Origin: Octopus sinensis
Lineage: Eukaryota
Length of the DNA stretch: 64,000 nt
Assembly: GCF_006345805.1 (NCBI RefSeq)
Contig: NC_043004.1
Location: 83,080,001-83,144,000, forward strand
Direction of reading: 5' to 3'
Every line of letters starts with the position of its first letter. Positions within the stretch are counted from its first letter, which is position 1. A program made the position numbers and the translations under genes. The notes beneath the pieces are model-generated. The model was given only the letters and a program-made list of their open reading frames with translations, was not told the DNA's origin and ran no database searches. Of this stretch, positions 28,667 through 42,627 are shown one piece after another.

Positions 28667-29627
28667 TATGTTTGACTTTTGCTTTATATTTGTACAAGTT
28701 GGCTCCAAGTCTCACCCAGAGACCTCAAGAGACAACAGGGTTGGAAGTTCATGTTGTTGTTATGCCTAGTGTGCCATATATTTGAGGGGGGGTGTTGTAC
28801 TAATGAATGTCTAAAAAAAGTTGTTTTTTTTTTTAAACCGAAAATTATGTTTGTTTTAAACCTTGAGATTACATAGAAAGTATTTTGCGTAGGATATGAG
28901 CAGTTCCCATGAGCACTATCTTTTGAATTTCTGCCATTTTGGGGTTTTCTGGTATCTGAGTTAGGTAGCAATCAGCCCCTTTTGCTATCATTCCCAGGGC
29001 ACCTATGACAACAGGTATTGTTTTAGTCTTCAGGTTCCACATTTTGCTGATTTCTATTTCAAGATCTTTATATTTGCTGAGTTTTTGATAGGTCTTGACA
29101 GATACGTTTATATCGATTGGGACAGTCATATCAATGAGGCCGCATGTTCTTTGTTTGAAGTCTTTCAATATGATGTCTGGCCTATTTGCATCTATCTTTC
29201 TGTCAGTTTGAATGGTGAAGTTCCAGAGGAGTGAGATGTGGTCATTTTGAAGCACTGGGGGTGGTTTGTGTTCCCACCAGTTTTTTTCATGGGGCAAATC
29301 CAGGTTTTTACAGATTACCCAGTGAATATATTGTGCAGCTCTATCGTGCCTGTTGAGATACTCTGTAGGCGCTAGAAGACTGCACTTGGAGACCACATGG
29401 TCAATGGTTTAATTTTGTTGCTTGCATACACGACACGTTGGACTGCTTCTGATCTTTAATATGTTGGCCTGGTAGTTTCTTGTTGGTAGGCATTGATCTT
29501 GAGCTGCTATGATAAACACCTCTGTTTCAGATTTTAAGCCAGAGGCCATTAGCCATTGATGGGTCAGGGCTTTGTCAACATCTGCACTATTTGCTCTCTT
29601 TGGGTATTTGCCATAGAGAGGTTTTTC
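28666..29627 (-). mobile_element. R4/Dong-clade non-LTR retrotransposon 3' part (CCHC plus restriction-like endonuclease) inserted in (TAA)n
   Basis: CRVC..DH..SKC knuckle, RHD, NRPDII..LIDMTVP..K..KY RLE motifs. (ATT)n runs on both sides (about 28624-28665 and 29628-29674). Confidence 0.88.
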
Positions 29628-29675
<48 letters not shown>

Positions 29676-30659
29676 GCCGTAAGTGTTAACTCAAAGAGAT
29701 TGAAAATATAATATTTAGATAATCATAATAACTGTTAGAAGGGTTGGAATAGTCAACAATGATGAGTCGCGCACAGTAGGCATGGAATATCTGATCAAGT
29801 TCAAGCAAGGTGTCACGAACACATTGATCATGATAACGATCAGAGTCTAAAGTGTAGACGGATAAAAATAAAATGGAGAAGAGGGAAAAAAGATTGTGCT
29901 TGAATGTTGGATGTGAATGAAGAGAATGTACTAGAAGAATATCAGAGAAGAATTGAAAATGAACACGAAGTGTGTGATCCAACAGTAGTAAAAAGTGGTG
30001 AAGAAGGAGTAAGAAACGAAGGAAAGGTAAATGAAGAAAATTAAGTGCATAGGGAAAGAGATGCAGTAGAACAAGTGATATCAAATGTGGAGCAAGTCTT
30101 GGCTTTTGAACAAGTCTTAAGGGCGGGTTGGAGACTCTAGAAATGATGCGACTGCAAATTTGGGGGCAGAGAATGAAAGCGCCAAATGTAAGATATATGG
30201 GGAGTGAAAAAGTAAGGAGAGCCTGAGGCAAACAAAACGGTATTCTTAGCCTGGTTGAAAGAGAGAACATCAATGAAACAACCTACTTAATCATAGCCGG
30301 TGCTAATTTTGCGGCTGTCATAAAAGGATAGAAGCGGATGACAGCTGAAGAATAGGAAAGAAAAGAAAGGACCAAAGTGGAGGAAGAAACTGGAAGGCAG
30401 AGTAGGGCAACAAAATACCAGCTGTTATTTGATAAAATACATTTCGGTATTGCAGACGCTGGTTGATAAGATTGAATGTAGTATGATCCGATTATAAGAA
30501 AGCATATTACATGATACCGCAGAGTTGAATGAGTCAAACAATGGGCATGTTTGGAATGGCAGAAAATCTGGAGAAAATGATGAATGAAAGTATGAAACAC
30601 CATAGTGTTTTGATAGGAACCAAAGGAAAATTCCGAAGGTGAAAATCAGACGCTTATAT

Positions 30660-31330
30660 GCCATGGTGAAATTTTATCTTCATTACTATTTGTAGTGGCC
30701 ATGGTATTGCTCAGTTTCATATTACTGAAACTGAAAATATTTTATGATTTGGGGAAAGGGTATGGTCCGATAAATCATCTCCAAATAATTGATGATATAA
30801 AACTTTGTGCGAAAAATGAAAAGTAACTGGAAAGACTTGTACATACTGCCCTTTTGTTCCCGAATGATGTAGAAATGGAATTTATGCTTAGAAAATACGA
30901 TATTTTAATAATGAATTAAAGAAACGTCATCGAAAATACTTATTCAAGAGCAGTGCCAATTGTCAGGTTTAGAGTTGGAATTGTGGATTGGACAAAACGT
31001 AAGATGCAGAAACTGGGCAGAAAAATAGAAAGTAGTCGACAATATACAGTGTCCATAATCAAAAATCTGAAATTAACCGGAGTTACTTAAAAAGAAACCA
31101 GAGTAAATGATGTTTAATTGTTGTGGAATAATGTGCGCAGAAGGGATGAGACAGTTAAGTGTATCATTTTCATGCCAGCATAAGGAAGTGATTAAAGGTA
31201 GTGAATAAAGTACAGGTGATCAAGACTTGAGAAGAGGGATGAAAACGAAATTGAAAGAGAGCATGTTAAGCACACTTAAGAAAAACCTTTGCATGGTCAG
31301 GTTAGGAACGCCAAGGTGCAAAATCTTGGG
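30660..31330 (+). mobile_element. Decayed R4/Dong-like RT fragment
   Basis: INHLQIIDDIKLCAKNEK at about 30772-30825 resembles the R4 HLLYMDDIKL motif. Many stops. Confidence 0.45.
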
Positions 31331-31746
31331 ACCCTTAAAAAACAGGGCCATTGAAAAACGAAACAAAGAGCATTGTTGTAGCACTTTAAGGTCCAGTGTA
31401 TTGCATGAAAGATCAGCTGTAAAACCAGATGTTGAAATAGCTTTGCGTTCAAAGGACAATAGCTTTCCATTTTTCTTTCTGAAATGTGGATGAAGATGTC
31501 ATCATAAAGAAAGCGGACTGTCTGCTATCTAAAATTTTTGAAGTGCCTACTTTGCGGCAAGGAACGCAACTGAGGGCAGCAGCTTAGAATTCCATCATTC
31601 ACCAAATGTATACTAAAGAAGATGGATCAGTAAACGTGTGGCAACATATACGTCGGTGCAACAGCATTGGAATATTTTACGATTTGGTAAAAGACAAAAG
31701 ATGCAATTAAGATTGGGTATTATGAAGATATTGTAAAAACACTCAC

Positions 31747-32700
31747 CGATTTATTTAAATGAATTCCACACAAAATTAATAATATTAAATAAAAGAAACA
31801 GCCAGTTGCCAACATTGACATATATAGGTATGAGTAGAGGTTACTTTTCAGTAAACGGTTTATAACCCCGTAAGTTGCAATACAACAACTAAAATTGCTA
31901 GCAACAACAATAAATCCTGATGTTAGTCGTAAAGATTCATTTAGAAATTTCAGTGTCCTTATCAGAGTTTCATGAGCGCTACATATTTCTGTGATATCTT
32001 TCTGCTTCTTAATGAAATTTGAATGGTCAGGTTGCTTCTCCGTTACATAACGTTCGGCTTCAGTTGCCAACTTGTTGAACTCATAGCTGAGTGTAAATCC
32101 GATTATCAGACCTAAGTGCAAATCAATTACCAAAAGTATAAGTGAAATGGAATTAAGTGCAGTTTGTATTCCTAAAACTGATATTTTAGATATATCACTG
32201 GTTGATATTGGAAACGTTAGGAACCTCATCAAATCGTTATTCAAATACGGTGCGCTAAAATCTACAAATATGTTAGAAAGGATGGTGAAGCAAATAATTG
32301 CATAAAATGTCTTAAATGAATACATGATATTCATGATGGAATATTTTTCATCATCATCTTCAAGTTTAATTTCGGCGACAGCTTCAGCCAGTTGTTTAGT
32401 TTGTGATTTTCTGAAGAGTTTTAACAATGCAAACACAGAAAGACTGCCTCTGAAAAACACCGTGAAACCATACAAAAGTAAGAGATGAATTTTAATTTCC
32501 CCATATAGTATTAAAGTAACAATGTGACGAATAGGGTTTATAATCAAATACAAACAGAACAGAATATAAAGTGCTTGAGAACAAATTGTTGTAAATATTG
32601 GTGACTTCAATGATGAAATAGTCATGCACGATTGGATAAAATTATCACATTTCTGATAGAATTCCAGTAGTTTAAAGAACTGAGTTTCTTTCACTTTCAT
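31747..32700 (-). CDS. GRL paralogue 2, exon 1 (318 aa, TM1-TM6); full gene join(32700-31747, 28157-28089, 26182-26093, 21890-21834) = 389 aa
   Basis: Multi-TM ORF with YEFNKL and HETLIRTLKFLNESL. It ends ..GIHLNKS at donor TCG|GTGAGT (phase 0), followed by three short phase-0 exons as is typical of the GR/GRL family. Confidence 0.85.
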
Positions 32701-33299
32701 GATTCTTCAGATTTTGTCTCCTTCAGAGTTTGTTTACGTAGGAGACTGTTAAGCAGTTGATATAGGCTGCAGAGTTTTAGATTTCTCTGTGAGTTTACTT
32801 GTCAATCTATTCGTATCAAAGCTTGGACGGTATAACTTAATATAACAGAAAGCAAGGAAATCAAATACAGACTTTTAATTATGTTACGTAAGTACTTACA
32901 TGATATTAACTTTAAAGGTTTTATGATGGTTAACTGTGATTAATATCGAAGGTCGTCTAAGAACTCCACATAAAAAAAAAACTGTCACAAACAACACGAG
33001 AAATTATTAAATTTTGAGTTCAAATCAACTAATATAATGGCGTCTATGCATTATATTCTTTTGTAAGGTCCCAATAATACTTTGATTTTCTCTCAATATG
33101 TGTTCGCTCGCTTTTCAACTAAAAGCCATATATTATATGGGATAACGAATCATTTCTGTGCTTACTTAACGACTGATTGTAACTGTATGTATTATATTAA
33201 GCCAATATCTTTTACATATGCGATACATTTAAATGCATATCGTAAGACTACGTACATACATTCATATATTCATACATGCATACATATATACATAAACAA

Positions 33300-33338
33300 G
33301 CAGAAGCACACACACACACACACACACACTCACACATA

Positions 33339-33372
<34 letters not shown>

Positions 33373-33483
33373 CACACACACACATATATATATAATATAA
33401 TATATATATATATAAATAATATATATATATATAAATATAATATATATATAAATATATATATAATATATATATATTAAATATAT

Positions 33484-33528
<45 letters not shown>

Positions 33529-33687
33529 ATAAATATATATATATTATAAATATATATATATAAATATATATATATAAATATATATATATATAATATATAT
33601 ATATATAAATATATATTATATATAAATATATATATATATATATAAATATATATATATAATAAATATATATTATATATAATATATATA

Positions 33688-33739
<52 letters not shown>

Positions 33740-33745
33740 TACATA
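33300..33745. repeat. (CA)n/(TA)n microsatellite tract
   Basis: Visible simple repeat. Confidence 0.95.
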
Positions 33746-34225
33746 AGTTTTTGGAGGAGATAAGTAAAATATCAATAATGCATTGATATGAATTAGTGAT
33801 ATGAAGCATTAATTTGGAATTAATGTGAGTTTGTTGGCCGGTAATCTTAGCTAAAGGAAGTCACATAAGTATTTGTATATATCTCCTTAAATAAATACGC
33901 GTGTATGTGTGTCCGTATGTGTGTCTGCCTGTATATGTACGTGTTTGTATAATCCGATTTATTTATTTCTTCTACGCATAGAAAATATAAAGTTATTGTG
34001 TGTATCTGTCTGTTTATTCGAAGTTAAGTGGTTTCTATAGGAATTGACTTGTTGAGACATGAGTTGCGATCAGGCTTTATGAATCTTTCAAACCTTCAAT
34101 TTGTATTAATGCGAAAGGTGTACAAATGAAAGACTGTTATTATTAAATTCATATTCAACATGATTTACACAACACAGTTCAATAAACAATGTATGTATAT
34201 GTTTATATACATATATATATAAATG

Positions 34226-34904
<679 letters not shown>

Positions 34905-34911
34905 TATATAC

Positions 34912-34960
<49 letters not shown>

Positions 34961-34963
<3 letters not shown>

Positions 34964-37630
34964 TTTGATACTTTGATACTTTGATAGGTTTCGGCCATTA
35001 TTGGCCCAGGCCATGTCTAACTTAATAGCACCACCTGGTGAAGTCTTTCAAGTCAGAATTTGGGCACTATGGCCCACTCAAGTAGAGAGTTATTGTTTAC
35101 AGAGACATATCCGGGTGTAGGGGGTTTATCCGGGATTTCTTGAAGGAATCTGTCCAAAGACTTCTTGAACCCTATAGGGTCAGTTTCTGTTTTAATGTGT
35201 TTTGGTGTAATGTTAAAGAGAGCGGGGCCAATTGAGGTGAAATAATTGTGCCGTATTGTTGTTATGAGATGAGAGTGCGATTTTTGTTTTGGGCGGATGG
35301 CACGGGGCCCAAGCCTTGGATGTACCTTAAAGGTGATGCCAACATCATTTGGGCAATGCTGATGGAATATTTTCCACATCATGCAGATGATGTAGCGCTC
35401 ACGACGACGTTGGAGAGAATAGAGTTTTAGCTTTTCTAGTCGACCCCAATAGTCGAGGCCTGTCATGCCATCTATCTTTTTTGTGATTGCCCTTTGAGGT
35501 GCTTCGACTTTTTTGATACCTTGTATTGTGTGGGGAGACCACAGTGGACAACAGTATTCAAGGTGGGGTCGGGCAAAAGTAGAGAAGAGAAGGATAATGG
35601 TGTGGATATCTCTCGACTGGAAAGTTCTGAGAATCCAGGAACACATTCTGCGGGCCATGTCAACTTTGGTGTTTATATGAGTGGCCCAGCTTACGTTGTT
35701 GTCCACAATTACTCCCAAGTCTCTGATGTTGTTGGACGCCGCGAGAGTTTCACCTGAAGGAAGGGAGTATGGGAGTTTCAGGGCATCCTCTTTTCCAAAG
35801 TGGATTAGCTCAAATTTATCCTCGTTCAGCAGCATATTGTTTTTTTCTGCCCATTGGATAACAGCCAGTAGATCTGACTGAAGGCATGTCCGGTCACTCG
35901 CCTCATTTATGACCTTCTGTAGCTTGGAGTCATCTGCAAAGATTTTTATGTTGCTGTGCTTGATGATGTCATTAATGTCATTAATGTAAATGATGAAAAG
36001 AAGTGGGCCCAGCACAGTGCCTTGCGGAACGCCACTACTGACTTTGGCTGGGCTTGATTTTACCCCTTCAACTACAACATGTTGAGATCTGTCTGTCAAG
36101 AAACACTTAATCCATTTCAGTAACTTTCCAGAGACACCAATGTTGGATAGTTTTTTCAATAGGATCTTGTGATCGACCCTGTCGAAGGCCTTACTGAAAT
36201 CAAGGTAGATGACATCGGTGTTGGAGCCCTCTCCCAAAGCTCTCAAAATGTCCTCAAAGTGATGCAGGAGCTGCGTTAGGCAGTCCCTTCCATTACGGAA
36301 CCCATGTTGGTTGGAGATCAGCCGTCTGTTGCTTTCCAGAAATTGGGTTATTTGAGATCTCACCACCCTCTCAAATACCTTGATGATATGAGAGGTGAGT
36401 GAGATCGGACGGTAATTCACTGCAAGGGACTTGTTTCCCTTTTTGAAAACTGGGACAACAGACTGGGACAGAAGGTTTTTTGGAATATAGCCAGCATCCA
36501 GTGAGTTTCTCCACAGATTAGCAAGGGGAGATGCAAGTTGGTGTCGACACACCTTCAGGACACAAGCAGGGAACCTATCGGGGCCTACTGCTGAATTGTG
36601 TTTTATTTCGTTTATCGCCGCTAAGACATCAGGGGCACTAAACGTTATGTCCGATATAGTGTGTTGGGGGTTGACATCACTGATACAGCCCAGATCGGCC
36701 ATATCAGGATTGCTGAAAACAGAGCAGTATTGTTTCTGCAGTATCTCGGCCATGGATTTGGCATTATCTTGGAGAGTGCCAGTTTCGTCAATTAGAGGGC
36801 CTACAGTGGAGACAGTGACCCTGCGTTTCCTCGCAAATGAAAAGAACACTTTGGGGTTGAGTTTGATTTTTTCAATGGCCCACTTCTCCTCAGCTGATCT
36901 TTGGTTATTGATGAGGGACTTCATGCATTGTTGGAGGTTATATTTTTTGGATTCAAGCAGTGCGATAGCCGTCGAATGTGTGTGTTGCTGTTGGCAGTAC
37001 TTTAGTTTGTTAATTTTTTTGTTTGTTCTTTTTATTTTTCTGATAATGGTTTTTCTGTTTTGGGGGATTCTGCACTTTTTGTTCACAGGTCTTGGTGGGG
37101 AGTGTTTTGCACATATGTCTGTGACGGTGTCTACAAAGATCTGCCAAGATGTTTTATGGTTGGTGGAGATGTGTGTATGTGTAAAGGACCAGTCAACATT
37201 TGATAGCTCGTTCCTGATTGCATCCCAGTTGGCTTTATGGAGATCCATGTTGTCAAATGGGTGGGCTGGAGGAAGGTCACTAGGATTAGCTTTCGGCTGG
37301 TGGAATTTCATGTTACAGAGAACCATGTCATGGTCTGAAAGAAGGGTTTTTTCCACTGTAACGTTATGTATAGTGTTAGTGTGGTTACTAAACACTAGGT
37401 CCAAAATGTTCTGATGTCTTGTTGGTGCAAGGACAAGTTGGGACAAGAAAAACTCATTCGTAAAGTCGAAAAGTGACTCTGCTGCTTCTTTGTCAGCGGT
37501 TGAGGCGGGAGTGCTTGGTTTCAAACAGTTTGTAGTCCAGTCAACACAGGGTAGATTGAAGTCTCCCATCATGAGTATGTTGCTAGAATGGCACTGTTGA
37601 ATAAAGCACTTAATGCTGTTGAGGCATTCT
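34961..37630 (-). mobile_element. CR1/jockey-group LINE with uninterrupted 839-aa ORF2 (C-terminal APE part plus RT), 5'-truncated
   Basis: ORF 35053-37572: GDFNLP, PTR..NILDLVF, SDH (APE); [29 protein letters not shown] (RT). 3' tail (TATCAAAG)n at about 34961-34985. Confidence 0.95.
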
Positions 37631-37656
37631 TATATATATATATAAGTATGTATATA

Positions 37657-39265
37657 CAGTTGCGGCCAAAATGTTCAGAACGGCATTCTTTTCGTCAGAA
37701 AAGTAAGTATAAGTTTTTATCAAAGTAGTTTTATATTCTATAATTTTCACAGACAATAAATACTATATTAATTGTTATTGTCCAAGATTTTGGTGTAATT
37801 TGAGAGGATAATACAAACGTTATGAATGATTTAGTGATTTACTGCAAAACCCATGACGGCCAAGATGATCAGAACGGTTGAAAAAATAACAAAATAATCA
37901 AAAATGACAGAGAATACTGGAATTATCTAATATTTAGTGTGAAGCTCTTTAGCTTCAATCACACTCTGACATCTTCGACTGCATGAGGAAATTAAATTTT
38001 CAATTTCTTGCTGTGTGATCTTATTCCATTCTTCCTGAAGGGCATTCCATAATTGCTCAGTTGTTTTAGGATTTCTGGCTTTCGAACATTCTCCTAGAAT
38101 ATTCCATACATTTTCAATAGGATTGAGATCTGGGCTTTGAGCAGGCAATCCATAACAAAAACTTTTTCAGCCTTGAGGAAGTTCATGACCGCCTTAGCCT
38201 TGTGACATGGGGCATTGTCCTGCATGAATATGGGTGGTCGCTTAGTTGAATTTCTCAGCACAGGCAAGACATGATCTTTTATAAGTTGTTTATAAACTCC
38301 TGCATTTACCTTTCCATGTAATCGCGCCAAAGGGCCCACAGATATCATCCCCCAAACTTCCTCCACCGAATTTAACACTAGTCTTAAGGCATTCAGGCGA
38401 CAAATGTTCACCTACTTTTCGACGAACGTACCTTTTCCCATCTCAGCCAAATAACATAAAGTTAGATTCATCACTGAAATGCACCGTTCGCCATTTTTCT
38501 TGAGACCACAACACATGTTCGGTTGCAAAGGTATGACGACACTTTTTTCTTGGAGCTGATCAGTGGCTTCACTGCAGGTGCTCTTGTTTGTAGGTCATGT
38601 TCAACTAAACGACGAGACACAGTTTTTCGAGATAAAGTTTTCTTCAATACAATGCTCATTTTCCGAGAAACAACAGCAGCAGTTTTAAATCTGTCCTTTT
38701 TAACCAACTTTACCATAGCACGATCTTCTCACTTGGTCGTTTTTCTTGGCCTACCTGTAAACTTTCTTGCTTCACACGAACCACAATCATCGTAGACCTT
38801 AAGAATACCGTGTACAACACTTTTTGACTTGTTAACAATCTTTGCAATAGACCCAATACTTAAATTATCCTTTTTTCGAAGATTAATAATCTGCTGACGA
38901 ATTGGTAATGGAGTAAGTAGCATTATATTAACAAAGTACACTGCAAATATTCTTACTAATGTTTAGTAAACGAACCGTCACGTAAACAAATTCAACACAT
39001 TAGAGTTCGCCGGTTAAATATACTAAAACACGGAGTAAAAGCAACCGTTTTGACCATTTTGGCCGCCATGGGCTTTGCATTAAATCACTAAATCATCCGT
39101 AAATTTTTATTATCCTCTCAAACTACACCAAAATCTCAGACAATAACAAATAATATCGTATTTATTGTCTGTGAAAATTATAGAATATAAAACAACTTTG
39201 ATAAAAAAAATATATCTACTTGTCTGACGAAAACAATGCCGTTCTGAACATTTTGGCCGCCACTG
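37657..39265 (-). mobile_element. Tc1-family DNA transposon, frameshifted transposase, ~224-bp IR/DR-type TIRs
   Basis: TIRs CAGT(T/G)GCGGCCAAAATGTTCAGAACGG at 37657-37880 and 39042-39265, flanked by TA. Peptides GRPRKTT, FSDES, MQDNAPCH, SPDLNPIENVW. Confidence 0.93.
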
Positions 39266-39341
39266 TATGTAAAATTACTTGGAAATGGATGCGCGGCGTT
39301 CAATTATTATATGAATATATATACATACATAAATACATACG

Positions 39342-39373
<32 letters not shown>

Positions 39374-39390
39374 CATACATACATACATAC

Positions 39391-39434
<44 letters not shown>

Positions 39435-39494
39435 GTGTGTGTGTGTGCGTGTTTGTGTGTGTGTGTGTGCGTGTGTGTGTGTGTGTATGTTTGT

Positions 39495-39615
39495 GCGTCT
39501 GTGTTTGTCTCCCTAACATTGCTTGACAACTGATGCTGGTGTGTTTACGTCCCCGTAATCTAGCGGTTCGGCAAAATAGACCGATATAATAAGAACTAGG
39601 TTTACAAAGAATAAG
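39495..39615 (+). mobile_element. SINE family A, 3' half fragment
   Basis: GATGCTGGTGTGTTTACGTCCCCGTAA..TAGCGGTTCGGCAAAA. Confidence 0.7.
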
Positions 39616-40015
39616 TTCTTCCTGTAGCTCCTTTATGTGATGGACAATATGTTTTACTCTAATGAATATATTACAATCCACTTCAGAACTGAGTCTCTCA
39701 TATTCATTCACAGATTCATACCTACGTATTATAGGTTAGTCTGTTAGTATGACACTCAATTGGTTGATTAGTTTTAAAATTTATTAAACCTTTCTAATAA
39801 GCGTACATGCATAAGTGTATATGTGAGTATGTATATGAATATATAGCTTATTGTGAGTCTGCGTATGCATTTTTATGTGTACACGAATGTATGTGTGCAT
39901 GTATATATTTATATACATATACATGCGTATTACTGGTGTGTGCGTAAGTGCTCGTATATATGTCACTAGTGCATACAAATGTATAAATTTGTATGTAAAT
40001 ATATACACATACAAA

Positions 40016-40052
<37 letters not shown>

Positions 40053-40364
40053 AGATATAACATCAGGAGATAGCGTTTTGGAATCTGGGCATATAAATTA
40101 TTAGGACTCTGATATAATCCAGATCTGGTTAAACTCATCAAATGATAAGGAACATACAGAATAGTTTACGATGAATAATGATATGGTAGTTCTCTCGATA
40201 GGTGAATCCTGAGTTCCTTGCCTTGGATTTCGTACAGCATACAGTGTATATAAGCAAGGAATAATGGAAAAGGACAGAGAATTAAAGATGTTCAAAATTT
40301 AGTTATCAAAATATTATTGTCATTAAATTTAATAATGAAGAATTCTCTATTCTTCTTCATTGTG

Positions 40365-40396
<32 letters not shown>

Positions 40397-40494
40397 TGTA
40401 TGTATGTATGTATGTATGTATGTATGTATGTATGTATTTGTGTGTGTATGTATGTATGTATGTATGTGTGTATGTATGTATGTATGCATTCATG

Positions 40495-40528
<34 letters not shown>

Positions 40529-40679
40529 TGCGCGAGATCTGGTCAACGAGTATCCTGACTGTTGCCATAGTAACGAAGCTGAAGCACGCAGAGTAAATCC
40601 TCTTGGCAAGGTTCATGAAACGAACCTCCACAGTAAGAGAAATTATAAACAGAAAAAAATCTGTTTTTCAACGCCAGGC

Positions 40680-42220
40680 CAACAAATACTGGAAAAAAGT
40701 AAAGAACCAAAACAACTGAACGTACTGACCTTACAATAATTAATTTATGTAAAATATATTTAGACAATAATGAACTCCATCTTTTGGCGAAAGGATCGAA
40801 ATTCACGCTTACACCAACATTTAACCACCAAGAATTAGAGAAGGATATCCAAAAATTCTGTCGGAAATTCCGACTTGTTGAATCCTTCGCTAATAACAGT
40901 AGTGAGATTGATGAATCCCTAATAAGGAATAAATGAAAATTCACCCAACAGAAAGAAGAAATAACTACGTCAACTGATTCATTGATATCCTGACTAAATT
41001 TCTCCTGTTAGACGCAATTTCTCATGTTAGGCTAAATTCTAACAAACCAGAAATGTCTGCACTTACGCGTCTAAGCTATAGCATAATAATCATTAAACAA
41101 GCAGATAAACGAGGTGCTGTCGAATACTACAGGGTTTAGTTAGGACCAATTGAAGGACACAACATTCTGCTGTGATATACCTTCAAATATAGAACCCCAC
41201 CTCATGAAGAATACCAATAACTTGGTACCAAATCACTAAAACTCCCTTGCAAATAATGAAAGAGGCTACATCACCTATTGCCGCATCTGTTGCGTCGTAC
41301 CAAAAATACACAGCTCAAAAGAAATCCTACATGCAGTAAAGAAATGAAGTGAGTACATAAATAAACTTAATACACCCGAAAGATCTAACACTTATACCTA
41401 TTATAGCTGTCCATCATGTCCTACCCATTGTCTAAGCCATTTTATTGATATTATTTTGAAACCATTATGTACTCACAAATTTAGTTTCGTCCTTGATGAC
41501 ATCGACTTCTTGACCCAACTTCCCACAGCAACTGAATTGAATTCACTTTTACTTACTTTTGACGTAGTAAGTCTTTACATCAACATCCCACATGATTTAA
41601 GAATAAAGGCGATTCCCAATAAATTCACCGTGTCATTTACAGTAGATGCAGTCAAATTTATCCTTGTAAAAATACATTCTTTTTCGATGGAAAGTATTAC
41701 ATGCACAGCCATGGAAACGAAATTTGCCCCCGTTTACGCGAACTCCGTAATGGAGTTAGAAAACCAATTCTACCAAAGAGTAGAAGAAAACTACCGCACT
41801 GAATTTAGAAGGTGTATTGAAGATGCATGGACGAGATACTTTGACGATTGCTTCATAATCTGGACAAAATATCTAGATACCCTGGAATAATACAATATCC
41901 TCCTCAACATTCTACCCCTATTCTCCAATTTACGAAGGCGACAAGTAGTAGGAGATTATCATTTCTAGACATAATAGCAATTATGACACTACCATCACCA
42001 CTGATATACATCATAAACACACAAACGCGCATCAATACCTGGACTTTAAATTGTGCCACCCAACACATAAAAAAAGCGATTTCTCATACTGCCTAGCCAG
42101 AAAAAATTGTAACTTTGTGGAAAATGTGAATACAAGAGACAAACACCTAACAGAGCTCAAAGAATTGCTACTAAAACAAAACTACCCACCTCTATTTAAA
42201 GAAAACGGTATGCAACGGCT
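40680..42220 (+). mobile_element. Degraded Penelope-like element RT
   Basis: LAKGSKFTLTP, IIKQADKRGAV, PKIH, FDVVSLYINIPH, AMETKFAPVYAN, RYFDDCF, LSFLDI across broken frames. Confidence 0.8.
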
Positions 42221-42627
42221 ATTTTGATTTAAACCTTTGCTTAGATATATATGACAGTTTGAAGAATGTTGATCTTACAGACTATTATGAGATATCTCAT
42301 GTAAAGAGTATCGTTTGCTCCAAATAAGGATGTAGATTCATTGATTAGCGTGAGATTTAAAAATGAGTAATGATTGCCTCGTCATAGTCACAGATATAAG
42401 CAGAACAACAAACATAACAGATCTATTAGTTAAAGATTGTTTACATATATATATATTTTTTTAAATTATTATTTGAGGGAATAAAATCCAAACTTACAAG
42501 GTAAAAGAATTCAATTTAGAAATACTAAATCAAATTCCACACAATATAATATGTATATAAGATATTAGAAAAAGCACCTTTTATCAATTCAAAATGAATA
42601 ATTACATAGCACCATCTAGAAAATTAC

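Noticed and set aside
29686-30603. Minus-strand ORFs of 195 and 106 aa
   Set aside because: No recognisable motif. Probably a decayed retroelement, but I cannot assign it.
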